From Neoechinorhynchus agilis (lineage: Eukaryota; Animalia; Acanthocephala), in the NCBI GenBank assembly GCA_051530055.1, contig JBMGUZ010000025.1:1-35043 (forward strand): a DNA stretch of 35,043 nt, in the 5' to 3' direction. Made by a program: the position numbers and the translations under genes. Below the pieces are notes generated by a model. That model was not told the DNA's origin. It did no database searches and worked only from the letters and a program-made list of their open reading frames with translations. The stretch's first letter is position 1, and each line of letters opens with the position of its first letter. Below are positions 22,958 through 33,610 of the stretch, in pieces.

Positions 22958-24306
22958 GAAAACGCAGTGACAAGCGCGCCTTTTTCGAGTTCGCAGTCCG
23001 ACAGAAGTTTGAGTCTAAAAAGTTGAACGGCAAAAAGAGAGCGGATTAGGAGAAGATTGGATGAATCCCTTTTTATCTTGATAGTATGATATGATTTGGT
23101 AGTTTCAAAGATTTCTCGAATCGAGAGTTCATTATTCATGTCTAGGTTTAGAAAAGCCCGATTAAACAAGTAATGGGCCCAGGCGTGGATATTCTTTTTC
23201 GAAGATGCCGCTAACGCAATTTTCTTCCGACAGTTCGCGCAGGTCTTACGTTGGTGGTTAACGTAGACGGCATAATAATCGGAAGGACTGAGCGTTGTTC
23301 CAGAAGGAAGGTCCACCTCGTAATCACTGATTTGTTCTGGCTTTAAGCAGCATGGCTGCGCGATGTCCTTGTAGAATGCGAGGAATGCATCTAAGAATAT
23401 CTTCTGCTCGTTATGGGGCGTATCGAGAGGTACAGCTGCTAATTCAAAACCCCCGTTTGTCTAGAAGCAGTTCCGTGCAAGGAGCAGGTAGCCTGGAAAA
23501 GTTCGTCCGGACGACGGGAAAATACTGCTAAAGCAAATCCAACCAGATCTTTTAAATGACCAGTAGCCAAACGACAGATACCAAGAGTTTTCCAGTTAGC
23601 AGGATCACCGGTAGAGAGTGGCACGACGGCCTCGGACACAGAAGACCCGGCAACAAAGGTCTGCGGTAATGAAGTAGTTGCCTCATACCAAAGGTCGGAG
23701 CAAGCGCAACGGATGATATGTTACAAGTGTTCGCGCTTGAACTCAGAACTGAGGTGGAAGGTGAATATTGCGGCAGTGGTCTCTGCCTTCAGCGTCGCCT
23801 GGGCGGTGGGTATCTCTCTCATCTACACACTTGGCGCTAGAAGCGTCCACAGATACACCCTGACCGCCTCGCGGCTCGTACCTAGCGATGATTTGGGCAA
23901 CGAGCCGATCCTTCGAAAAACTACCGGCATTGCGGAGCCCAAGAGTTGGATTTGGGGCTTCACGCATATATCCAATAGGTTTATCCGCACACGGGGCCTG
24001 GGGGGGGGGAAAGACTTTCCCGACAGCGGCACACCTTTCTTCACACATTCACTACTTTCTACACTCACACCACGAGGCAGATTGATAGTACAGCAATCGA
24101 CATCTCGACCAGAGACGATGGGAACGCTAAGGTATAGGGCGATTCCCAGCTCGCTCGATCGGGATGAAGACGCCAGTACTAATCAATCGCTCGAGTTCAC
24201 TAACATGCGCTTCTTTCATTGAGTTGGTTTGGTTCATTACGCGAGTTTGGGCCTCTGAATCATCGGCTATTAGTTCTATATCGTCGTCAAGTGAAAAAAT
24301 ATTTGA
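19471..24306 (-). mobile_element. Foreign insert, candidate endogenous non-retroviral viral element (~4.8 kb)
   Basis: Absent from arm B. GC ~45-50% versus ~30% in the flanks. No introns. Coding-like frames run up to both junctions (truncated at each end). No transposase, RT, integrase or terminal repeats of its own. Confidence 0.6.
22958..24306 (-). pseudogene. Broken upstream continuation of the insert ORF (several frames, in-frame stops)
   Basis: Overlapping coding-like frames: IFSLDDDIELIADD..ELERLIS; ..APSV*(23823-25)MREIPTAQ..EHL*(23721-23)HIIRCAC..HGTASR; TNGGFELAAVP..KTCANC..HAWAH..AVQLFR. Adjacent frames can be joined by 1-nt indels in homopolymers. Confidence 0.55.
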
Positions 24307-25149
24307 TCTTGTTGTTTGGTTGAATTCATTTTGTATGCTTCGGTTTATATTTTATTTACATCAGCTTGTCGTTAATGAACTGCAAGCCAAAATAAACTTT
24401 CTCTCATAATCCAATAATAGAGTACAGTTATTGCGACTGGAACATAAACTGCCAAATAAAGATTCCGCCATCCTCTAACAAAATAAGCGACTAAATCCAA
24501 CATCAACATTCCTATACCTCAAATGAAATTAGCCATTATACACGGGGTGCCTCGGTATTCTGCCGCAAAAACTTCAATCCTGAGAATGTAACAAGAAAGT
24601 TGACCAATCTGCCAGCAAATTCCAAATAAAAAAACGGAATACTATAAAAAATATCAAGATGATTCCGATCAATAACAAGATATAATGATTTAACTGAACG
24701 GATGCATCCGATTTAGATGGTGTTTGAAAGTGCACAGCCGATTCCGAATATGATATTGATCCAAGTCCCGAGAAGAGCAATTGGATTCTTACCAAAGTTG
24801 TCGCCAAACATTGACAAAACGGCTGCCCCAATTACTGATCCTATGAAAAAGGCTGGCTGCGGAATATCCTTTAAGAATCCGATCGCAATATAGATCAAAA
24901 GTGAATACCAGCGATCTGTCGTCGGGAAGCGGGTGGATGTAGCCGTTAGGACAGGGAATTGTTTTATTTGACAGTGAATAATAATTCTCAAACTTCCCAT
25001 CTGCATTAATTGAAATCGCGTCGCTCATCATCCATCAAATTAATTTAAAAATTTCTATTCTACTTATATTTTTGAAAATAGTAACGTTAAAGCTTTCAAT
25101 ATTTTATTTTTTGAAGCTCTATCATTCAAAGCCTTGTGATCATTTTCTT
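24307..25149 (-). repeat. ~845-bp direct repeat right of the insert; contains SLC22 pseudogene copy 3 (24307-25031)
   Basis: Direct copy of 18592-19437 and inverted copy of 12308-13153. Confidence 0.95.
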
Positions 25150-26583
25150 CAATTCTTTTACTTTTCGCCCCAATTCTCGTTCTTATACAACTCAAATCCT
25201 CCATTAGTAAAGGACATTTATGTTCCGGCATTTGATATAAATCTAACGAATGAATTTCCCTTCGCTGTTTTGTGATTACATTGAGTGCCATTTAAACATT
25301 TATGGCATTATAGACGTATCTTCTTATATTCTTATAATCTGCCACCTTTTCAGCTATTCTCAAATCCACACCATGGAAAATCCCCTGATTTTCATGATCG
25401 AAGTGGATTCCAACAAGTTAATCGGCGACTTCACTGTATGTTGTATTGCTTGGTGCTGATCATGCGTAGTCCGAATGTTTTTCTCGTGGTTTTGCAAGGT
25501 TCATTGCTTGATTCTGTTCTCGAGTAGAAATGACTGCTGATTCGGTTGAAGATGAAATGATTGAACGTTGTATTGAACGTGGCTTTTCATCGAATCGATG
25601 AGTACGAGTCCACTTCAGGATTGTGGTTCATTTGACCATTGAACGATTATGGCGGTACGTTTTCCATTGTGCTTAAATACTTGGATTTGAAGATTCGAAT
25701 CAGTAAGAGGAAATGTTGAGATCGTGAAAATAAAGATGGCTGAGTTTGGTGAAGATGTCTCTCAATAGTAAAAGAATGAAAACTTACATTGAAATCATTA
25801 AAGCATTTCTGATTCGCAGGATAAAGGCTACTTTGTATTAATGCTGATTTTTTGACATTTTTATCCTTTTTTGCTTAGCGAAAAAATCTTAAAATTAGTC
25901 CATAGACAACATTTAATTGTTAATTGAGAAGCGATTTCTGTATCGATAACATTTTGTTAAACATACTCATTTTTTTGAGACATCAAATCATTCACACAAT
26001 CGCTCTGGATCCCTGAGATGCCGTTTTGGTGTAACGGTCGAAAGGACGGATGAAGCATTCCCTCTCGTTTTCAGAGCAGATTTTTGTAGGAGGAATGCTC
26101 CTGATCTCGGATCGCCAGTGATTCGTCTCAATCTCTTAGACAATTCCTAGACCAGGTCCTGGGCCGCAGTGAGCTCACACTTTCCAGCATTAAGCTTAAC
26201 GTTTAATCTCGCATTCTCCCTAATCTTTCCTGATCTCTCGGTTCGGATATCAGCCTTATGGACGTCAAGAAGGAAGTAAAATGATAATCAGACTCAAGAT
26301 ATAGACAAATAACTACCATACAAATGAAGATTCTTACTACGAACAATAAATCATTTTACTGGGCTGCTATTATTTTTGTCAGCTCTTCTTCAGTACTAAT
26401 TTTGATTACTAATTCATCAAAACAATGAAAATAAAGCTTCCATTTCACGTTTGACAATATCTCAGATGTTTGTACATTTGAAAGACGCCAATTGAGGTCG
26501 AATTGACGTCGTTCAATTTCGGTGCAGTAAAACTAAAACCATACTTTAGTATTGTCTTTAAAGTGCAAGAGAACGAATCAAAA

Positions 26584-28515
26584 ATGACGATCAAGCGAAC
26601 ATCAAATGCTAAGGATAAATCACTCGCTCAAATATGTGATGAATTGAGAGATAATCTCGACGGTGATTCTTGTACAATCAACCAATCTTTGGCCAAACGA
26701 AACCTGCGAGAATTGTTAACGCGATCGATTACAGCCGAAGAAATCTTAAACTTTGGGATGCTTGAGATGGTAGACGAAATGGCCGTAGACAAAGATTGCA
26801 AAAGTACAAGTTGGTTCCTAAGTAAATTAAAGAGCAAATTCAAAAAGATTGTCGGCGAAAAATATTGTCCAAGGATGAAAACGACGAAGACATTGGTCAG
26901 TACGACCTCAACTCGAAAACGGGCAAATAAAGATGAAGTAATGGCGAAAAAGGAGATGACAGATTCAAGCGATAAAGGACGAATCCATTATGAAATGGCA
27001 ACGTCCAAATCATTAAATATGCTAGTTAAAAAAGTTAAAATTGGATTGGACTCACAGTTTAAGGTTACAAACAAGATCTTAGTAACCAGTGTCTTTTCTG
27101 AGATTCTCAAACAAGAAATGGCCATCTCTCAGATTGGTAAGTCCGGCCTGATAAAGATTCTCCACCAAATGATTCAAAACAAAGAAAACGGAGAACTTGA
27201 TTATTTGATTAAAGAAGTAGCAGCAAAAATTAAAGTAGTGCTCGGCATGGAGAAAGGTAAAAATGCCGATGATAAATCTCATACGATGTCCGGTATCCAC
27301 TCAAAGTTTGATGTTGAGATTGAAGAGCAGTGTCCGATAGAAACGAAATCTAAATCCAGTTTTGAAGACGCGAGCTGTAAAGAAATTTCAAGGAAGAGGC
27401 TGTCATCAACCATTCAAGGTGAAGAGAAAACAAAAATTCAGCGGACAGATTCAACACATCTCCGTCAAAGAATCTTGATGACTATGAACTCTGAGCACAA
27501 AATTGTGAATTTTGATTTATTAAGGAGCATCGTTGATGAAATTCTGAAGGGCGAAGTTAGCCTGAGTGAAATTCGTCAATCCGGATTGATAGATGTCCTT
27601 GGAGAGATGCTCGACAACAAGGATAATGCTCCACTCAAGAAACTCTTAATCCAAGTTGCTATGAAGGTCAAGGAGGCTTTCAATCAAAATCGATCTAAAG
27701 AAAGACCAGCGACCAAACCCAAATTGAATAAACCAAAAGAAGTAGAACCCGAAATATCAAATACTGATTCTAGTGATCGGGATTCTAACGCAATTTCGGA
27801 CAAGAGAACAAAATCGCCGAAGAGAATCAATAGCGATGAAGAAATAGAAACGGGACTTCACAATGTCGAAAACGTTCACAGTCAACAGATTTCAGAATCC
27901 AAACAATTGATGCCGCCTTCTCGTTTAACCAAGAAGATTAAATTACTAAAGTTTTTATTGGATTCGCAATACGCAACCAAAAGCCTAGAACTGGTGGACG
28001 ATGTCCTTTGCGAGATTTCAGAATTAGAGATGACTGTGGATGAAATCAAAGATTCCGATCTTATAAATATTCTCCATAAGATGGCCAGCAACGGGGAAAA
28101 CGAACCGTTAATCGACATAATCGATAAAATCGGAAAAAAGATGGTGGGAATCTATAATCGGCAACCTACGGAAATGTCCAATATTTCGATCGAAAATAAA
28201 TCAGGGTCACAATTGAAGGACAAACCACTCAATGAATCGATTTCAAAAAGAAAATCAAAGCCTTCAATTGAAATGAACTTGAGCATCAAGGAACTCTGCG
28301 ATCGTTTAAAAAGCATCTTGGACGAGAAGTTCACAGTTCGGAACCACGCGATGCTAAAGCGGATACTCAGCGCGATGATTGAACGTGAAATAGCGCTGAG
28401 TGAAATTCGGAATAACAGTTTGGTCAACATCCTAAGTCAAGTTCGTTCGAATCATTTAAATATTCGGCACAAGGGACTGCTTGAAAAATTGCTGAAGAAA
28501 ATAAATGGCGGCTGA
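26584..28515 (+). CDS. 643-aa protein with five divergent ~75-aa helical repeats resembling the TFIIS N-terminal domain (TND/LW), separated by low-complexity charged linkers
   Basis: Intact ORF; ATG at 26584 in aaaATG context. Repeats such as VDDVLCEISELEMTVDEIKDSDLINILHKMASNGENEPLIDIIDKIGKK pattern-align to TFIIS [50 protein letters not shown]. The repeats are seen directly; the domain identity is inferred. Confidence 0.7.
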   Translation: MTIKRTSNAKDKSLAQICDELRDNLDGDSCTINQSLAKRNLRELLTRSITAEEILNFGMLEMVDEMAVDKDCKSTSWFLSKLKSKFKKIVGEKYCPRMKTTKTLVSTTSTRKRANKDEVMAKKEMTDSSDKGRIHYEMATSKSLNMLVKKVKIGLDSQFKVTNKILVTSVFSEILKQEMAISQIGKSGLIKILHQMIQNKENGELDYLIKEVAAKIKVVLGMEKGKNADDKSHTMSGIHSKFDVEIEEQCPIETKSKSSFEDASCKEISRKRLSSTIQGEEKTKIQRTDSTHLRQRILMTMNSEHKIVNFDLLRSIVDEILKGEVSLSEIRQSGLIDVLGEMLDNKDNAPLKKLLIQVAMKVKEAFNQNRSKERPATKPKLNKPKEVEPEISNTDSSDRDSNAISDKRTKSPKRINSDEEIETGLHNVENVHSQQISESKQLMPPSRLTKKIKLLKFLLDSQYATKSLELVDDVLCEISELEMTVDEIKDSDLINILHKMASNGENEPLIDIIDKIGKKMVGIYNRQPTEMSNISIENKSGSQLKDKPLNESISKRKSKPSIEMNLSIKELCDRLKSILDEKFTVRNHAMLKRILSAMIEREIALSEIRNNSLVNILSQVRSNHLNIRHKGLLEKLLKKINGG

Positions 28516-29942
28516 TATTATCAATCATCGCTGATTTACCCATGTTTAAGAGACGATTGACCAAGGATAAAATATTGTTCATGATATTCAAGGAGCTTTT
28601 ATTCGTAGTCGCAACTATCTATGCATTCTGTTCAAAGAATGAATAAATTTGTGTTTCGGAAAGCCTTTCATTTCGAAAATTCTTGATGAATTCTACACGA
28701 TAAATATAATTTAAAAATATAATTTTTCACATCCATGATGTATATTTTTTCGACGCTATTGGGGAATGTGATTTGGAGTTTGACAATATCGCATGGAAAT
28801 AAAAGCTATCGAAACTCACAGGATTCATAGTTATCATCGGCAAGTTTTAATGAGTCTGAAATCAAATTGCAAAGAAAAAATCACTCTATGACCAAAAATG
28901 TTTTTAAGATTTTCTAAATGAAAAAATGCCTGAGTGAATTTCTATAAGCCGAATTTATTAACGCCTTGGCTGACAGCACTTAAACAAATAAGTTTGAAAT
29001 GTCAAAGGAGAATGAATGTTCAAAAGAAATTTCCAAGAAAAAAAGATTTATTAAAACTTAAAAGGCAAAGAACACGTCATTTGCAAAATGTTGATAATTG
29101 AGGTACCGGGGACAATGATTGGAATTATTGTTTAATTCTTTATCCGGTAAATGATTTTTTTATTATAGATGTTTCGAACCTCGTCAAGTTCATCTTCTTT
29201 AATAAAAAATCATTCACCGGATGAAGAGCTTAACAATAATACGTATTTTGCGATTTAAGTTCAACATTTATAAAATTTCACAGATTGTATTTGATATCAA
29301 TACGATAGATTGTAATTTCGTTCAAATAACAAAAATAATTTGAGGGAAAATGACAGAAAATAATGAAAGTACGAATTTTGATATTACTAGAAAGTACTGA
29401 ATATTTTTGCGGAAATAAAAAGGATTTCTTGGAAACACTTTTATAAGCATCACTGATTTTGAAAATCGAAATGAAGTCTTATTATTAAGTTCAGTAAACG
29501 CATCGACAGCCGTAAGGATAAAATACTCCCGCTTTAGATTTTTAAGTAAAGAAATTAATCGACTAATTGAATCTGCTTAAAAGAATATTGACGAAAAATA
29601 AATCACTGTTACATCAATAAGTTGATAGACGAGATTGAAATTTGGGAACTTTAAAAAGCTTAGATAATTTCTTTCAAATTAAAAAAGAGTAGAGACAAAA
29701 ACCTTTTTATTTGATACAACAAATAAGACATTGAACGGGATTATTGTTCAAATTCTTTGAGTGATTGCTAAATGGCGAAGTTCACTTCGTCCCTTAGAAC
29801 ATTCGATGGACATTCGTCTTATGATTTCGGTCAATTCCTAGTATTATTGTTGTCCAGCAAAATAAGCCAAGCATAGCTCATAATTTTCTAACTGATTTGC
29901 GAAGTGTAGTTGGGTAACCATGAAACGTTAAACAATTTATAA

Positions 29943-30203
29943 TTTCTAAAAAAAGAGAACCTGAAAGATTTGGAATCTCTCGATGCATCACATAATCGCA
30001 TAACAAGTGGATTATTTTCATTGCAAGACTTGTCGAAGCTTAATCCTGTGGATCTTTCTTACAATAACATTCGTGATGAGCAAGAGCTAAAGTATTTGAA
30101 TGAGATAGATGATTTGAGTATCGTGGATTTAAAGGAAAACGAATGCCGAAACCGAATGGTTGACTATATACGCCGATTAATTCCCGATATGGTTAGATTT
30201 TAA
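29943..30203 (+). pseudogene. Leucine-rich repeat fragment (SDS22-like repeats plus LRR-cap-like end)
   Basis: LKDLESLDASHNRIT, LSKLNPVDLSYNNIR, LSIVDLKENEC..YIRRLIP fit LxxLxxLxLxxNxI. No ATG; upstream stop at 29940. Confidence 0.65.
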
Positions 30204-30899
30204 ATGGTTTCGCCAATTTCGAGGTTATTTATATTTAGAAAAATCTTCGTTTCTCCACGGATATCCGGCCTCTGAAAGAGAACGGCGGATCACTGAGGTT
30301 TGGTGCAACAGCGACACGGAGGCTGAAGGTGAAATGAGAAAATTGATAAATTTGAAAACATAAAACGAACAAAGGACACTGGTAGATTATGTAATGAATC
30401 TACAGAAAAGCAGAGATTTCCTCCACAGGATCATTTCTAGGTTTTTAAATCTCTAATTTTTGTGTGTTTGCTTGAAATTTATGTTTTAATAGTTTTGTTG
30501 CATGTGAAAATGGACGTTTGATTCTAATTTAGTAGTGCATTGTATTTTTCCTCGCAATTTAAACTGCAATCCGACGTGTTACCATCATTTTTGTACTTGG
30601 AAACCACCTCAATTCGCCCATAGCCGCAGAGATAAATAAAATCTCGCCGAACTTTCACTTATTTCTACAAATGATCATACGCATAAAATCTAAACGAACA
30701 TTTGTATTATCGATAATATTAACCCGTGGATATATATTGTGAAATTCAAAACTCGTATTGATCAATCATTTTAAGGCTAAGCTCGTTAGAAAATATTTCG
30801 TTGCGAAAATTCTGCATAGTTCTCGAATAAATGAGTATCGATAACACCGGGGACAGGATTCGCCAAGGTACAATTAATTTTTTATTGTGTATTAAAAAG

Positions 30900-31640
30900 A
30901 ATCGGTCGTTTGCGTAGGCCCAATATTTACAATTCTTTTTATTAACAAGTTTTAAATCTTTTTATGATTCCTATGAGCAATAAAGTGGGTGACAGTGGGA
31001 AGCACTGAGTCACTCCGTTTCTCAAAATGAAAGCATGTTTTGTTTGGATCAACGTCCATAAAATAGGATTTGGATTCAAATAAAAAATTGCGTTTTTTAT
31101 TTAAATTTCCTTGGGATTCTTAAATCATTCATTACTTCATAAATAAAAATTGGTTTGATAGCATCAAAAGCTATGTTAATGTCAAGTTATTGCAAGACTT
31201 TATTGACCCCAGTAATTTCATTATTGAAGTCCTGCAAATCATATATTAACGAGTTTACTCCTTTACCTAAGAGTGAATCCATGGAAGTTTTGTGGTATGA
31301 TTTTTTCTTTAGAATATAGTTCTTTGAATTTTTATTTACAACTTTTTCTATAATTGAGATAAGAAGGTTCTGAATGGCGATAAGTCTTATGTCACCAGGG
31401 TTTTAAATTATTTTTTTACTATTTTCCGGGCCTTATCAATAATAAGTCTTGGAAAGATAGTTTTCCACTCCAAAGTTATAATAAAAGTTCTCTGCTGTAA
31501 TTAATGTCGACATTAAATTTACCATCCCATAACGACAGGATATCTTCTTTGGATAGTTTTATTAAATTGCTATTATTAGAAGGTAGAAAATGTTGGCGAA
31601 GGAGTAACTCCGAAAAGATTCCTAAATAAAATTTAGCCAA
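30900..31640 (-). mobile_element. Decayed non-LTR RT (AT-rich family, fragment 3)
   Basis: EDILSLW (cf. EEDILEAW in fragment 1), PGDIRLIAIQNLLISIIEK, LDINIAFDAI, GVTQCFPLSPTLL, AYAND. Many stops and frameshifts. Confidence 0.7.
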
Positions 31641-32632
31641 TTACCTCTGGGTATAAAATTGTGCCTATCCAATTGGAAGTTTTGTGTTTGAAATCTATCC
31701 ATTTTTTTATTTAAAAGTGCATTCTAACAATTTGAAGAGAGATTTTTTAATGTTCGTATTTTTATTCTATCTCTTTCTAGATTTTCATTTGCGAGATATT
31801 TGAAAAATTCTTCTTAAATAATATTTACTTAAGGTCCTATTTCCCTGCAATTCGCAAATTAATGAAATCTCATAATCGAATTTGTAAATTCTGAGGTTCT
31901 CCGTTTTCTTAGATGTGAAAAAGTGACTAGGTTATCATTGGTGGCCTTGGAGATCGTATCATTCATTTCAGTTTATTTTAGATTTTATTTGATGATTAAA
32001 ACATTTTATGTTCGCTTCATAAATTTTACCAGCGATTCAGATGTTCCTGGGTTTCTGATTTGCTTTTGAAATATTATACGTAATTCTTATTTGTTTTTTA
32101 ACCCCTTTTCTCCTACGGAGCGAATTATTTCCTTCTATACAAAAGTTATTTAAACTCTTTTCTATCATGATGATCCTCTTAACTTTTCCTTTTTTTGCCA
32201 GTTCTAAACTTTCATTATTATCCTTGTTCTTATTCAAATCTTCATTCTAAGTAGCGATTTCATGTTTTGATTTTGCAAATTCGAAATTGTATTTATTTTA
32301 TATGTGATTTCTTATCTTAAGATTTCCATTTTGTAATTTTAATTCTCTTATGTCCTTTGAGAAAAACAGAAATTGATTATTTCCATTATAATTATCATTT
32401 AAGCAAGGACGATTTATTCGCGAAGAGAGGATGGTGGATTGAGAGAAGATCGAGTTTCATCAATAAGTTAGATCGGTGATTTTTTACGTGGCAATTTTTT
32501 TACAATCCAATCCATGAATCGATCTTTTTGGTCCAGTTTTCTGTATGTGCCCAAGGGTAGGGGAGTTAAATTAGTGCTTCGGAAAAAGCGCTCGTTAATG
32601 GGTTTCGCTGTTGAGGTGGTCGACTAAACTGT

Positions 32633-32974
32633 CTATATCACTTTGCTATTTTGCGAGTTTGTCCGCTCTGCGGCCTTACTTTTGGCGATTTTTAAAATTT
32701 TCTTGAGTTTAGCTTTATTTGTTGTATAATTATATTTTGCTGTGAACGTGAATCCAAAGATACTTAGTTTTTTGTTATTGGCCATGGACTCTTGATGAAA
32801 AAATTCTTTAAAAAATTCTCTACGTCTGTCACATACAGATCTCGATTTTATAATAAATTGGCTTTTCTTAACATTCAAAGATAGCCCCATTGTTGGGAGA
32901 GCGTTATCGAGAAAATCGAGCAGTTCCGAGTTTTTTCGAGCGGATATGAAATTCGGGAGCTCCTGATGCATCAC
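32633..32974 (-). mobile_element. RT thumb-region fragment of the same AT-rich family (fragment 4)
   Basis: MGLSLNVKKSQ...LSIFGFTF..KLKKILKIAK parallels MGLKLNPDKT...ILGYNF..FKKILKIAK at ~2000-2240. Confidence 0.6.
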
Positions 32975-33379
32975 AGATTCTGAACTACGTTTTCCAGACC
33001 GAAGCCCTTGGTTAATTTTTTACGGGACACGACTTTCCACCAATCTGAGGATTGTGGTAATAATTCCTTAATGTACTTTCCATCACTATCATATTGCAAA
33101 CGAACTCTACATGGCCGGTACGGAGATGCCGAAAACTTGACCAGTTCAGGATCCCAATAGTTTTGCGGAATGCAATTCATGTCCGTAAAACGATAGTAGC
33201 CGTGACTTTTAAACTTCGCAACTTTAGCCTGTTCCTCGCGTCTATAAGAGGTTCCTTGCTATCGGCAAAGGACTGTCAAATGACGCTAAAGTATTAACAG
33301 CCCGGCCACCACAGCGGTCATCGCAAACTACGATGACCCTGGGAGCTATGCTGAACACTTTGATTTATCCTCCGATGTT

Positions 33380-33610
33380 ATTCTCCAATTTCAATCAAAT
33401 CTGAAATGGGATTCAAACTTTAAAATTTGTCTCCTCAGACGCCTCCGACATTTAGGAATCCCTTTACCTGATCTCTTCAAATTTTACTTCGCCTTTATTT
33501 TACTCTCCATCACCTACGATTATCCCGTCTTCTGCAACCTTTCAAAATCTCAAATCTTTCGTCTTGAAATTCTTCGTAAAAGAGCATCTAAAATTTGCAC
33601 AGCTGACTTT
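33380..33610 (+). mobile_element. CR1/L2-group LINE C-terminal (thumb) fragment
   Basis: SNLKWD..LRRLRHLGIPLPDLFKFYFAFILLSITYDYPVFCNLSKSQIFRLEILRKRASKI matches the L2/Crack/Daphne-type pattern DLKW..LR.LK..G....L..Y...IRP.LEY..PVW..L...Q...LE..QKRA..I. Confidence 0.7.

Larger units (their letters stand above)
17245..29311 (-). repeat. Right arm B' of the long inverted duplication, interrupted by the foreign insert and an 845-bp direct duplication
   Basis: See arm B. 17245-19437 matches 12308-14329 and 24307-29311 matches 8116-13153. Confidence 0.95.

Noticed and set aside
22909-23014. Programmed -1 ribosomal frameshift joining the 135-aa frame to the long ORF
   Set aside because: The shift needed is -1, but no canonical X XXY YYZ heptamer lies in the overlap in the correct frame. 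A 1-nt homopolymer loss is simpler.
18592-25149. Direct repeats as LTRs of a retrotransposon
   Set aside because: They are host SLC22 pseudogene sequence also present at 12308-13153, lack TG..CA ends, PBS and PPT, and the interior has no gag/pol motifs.
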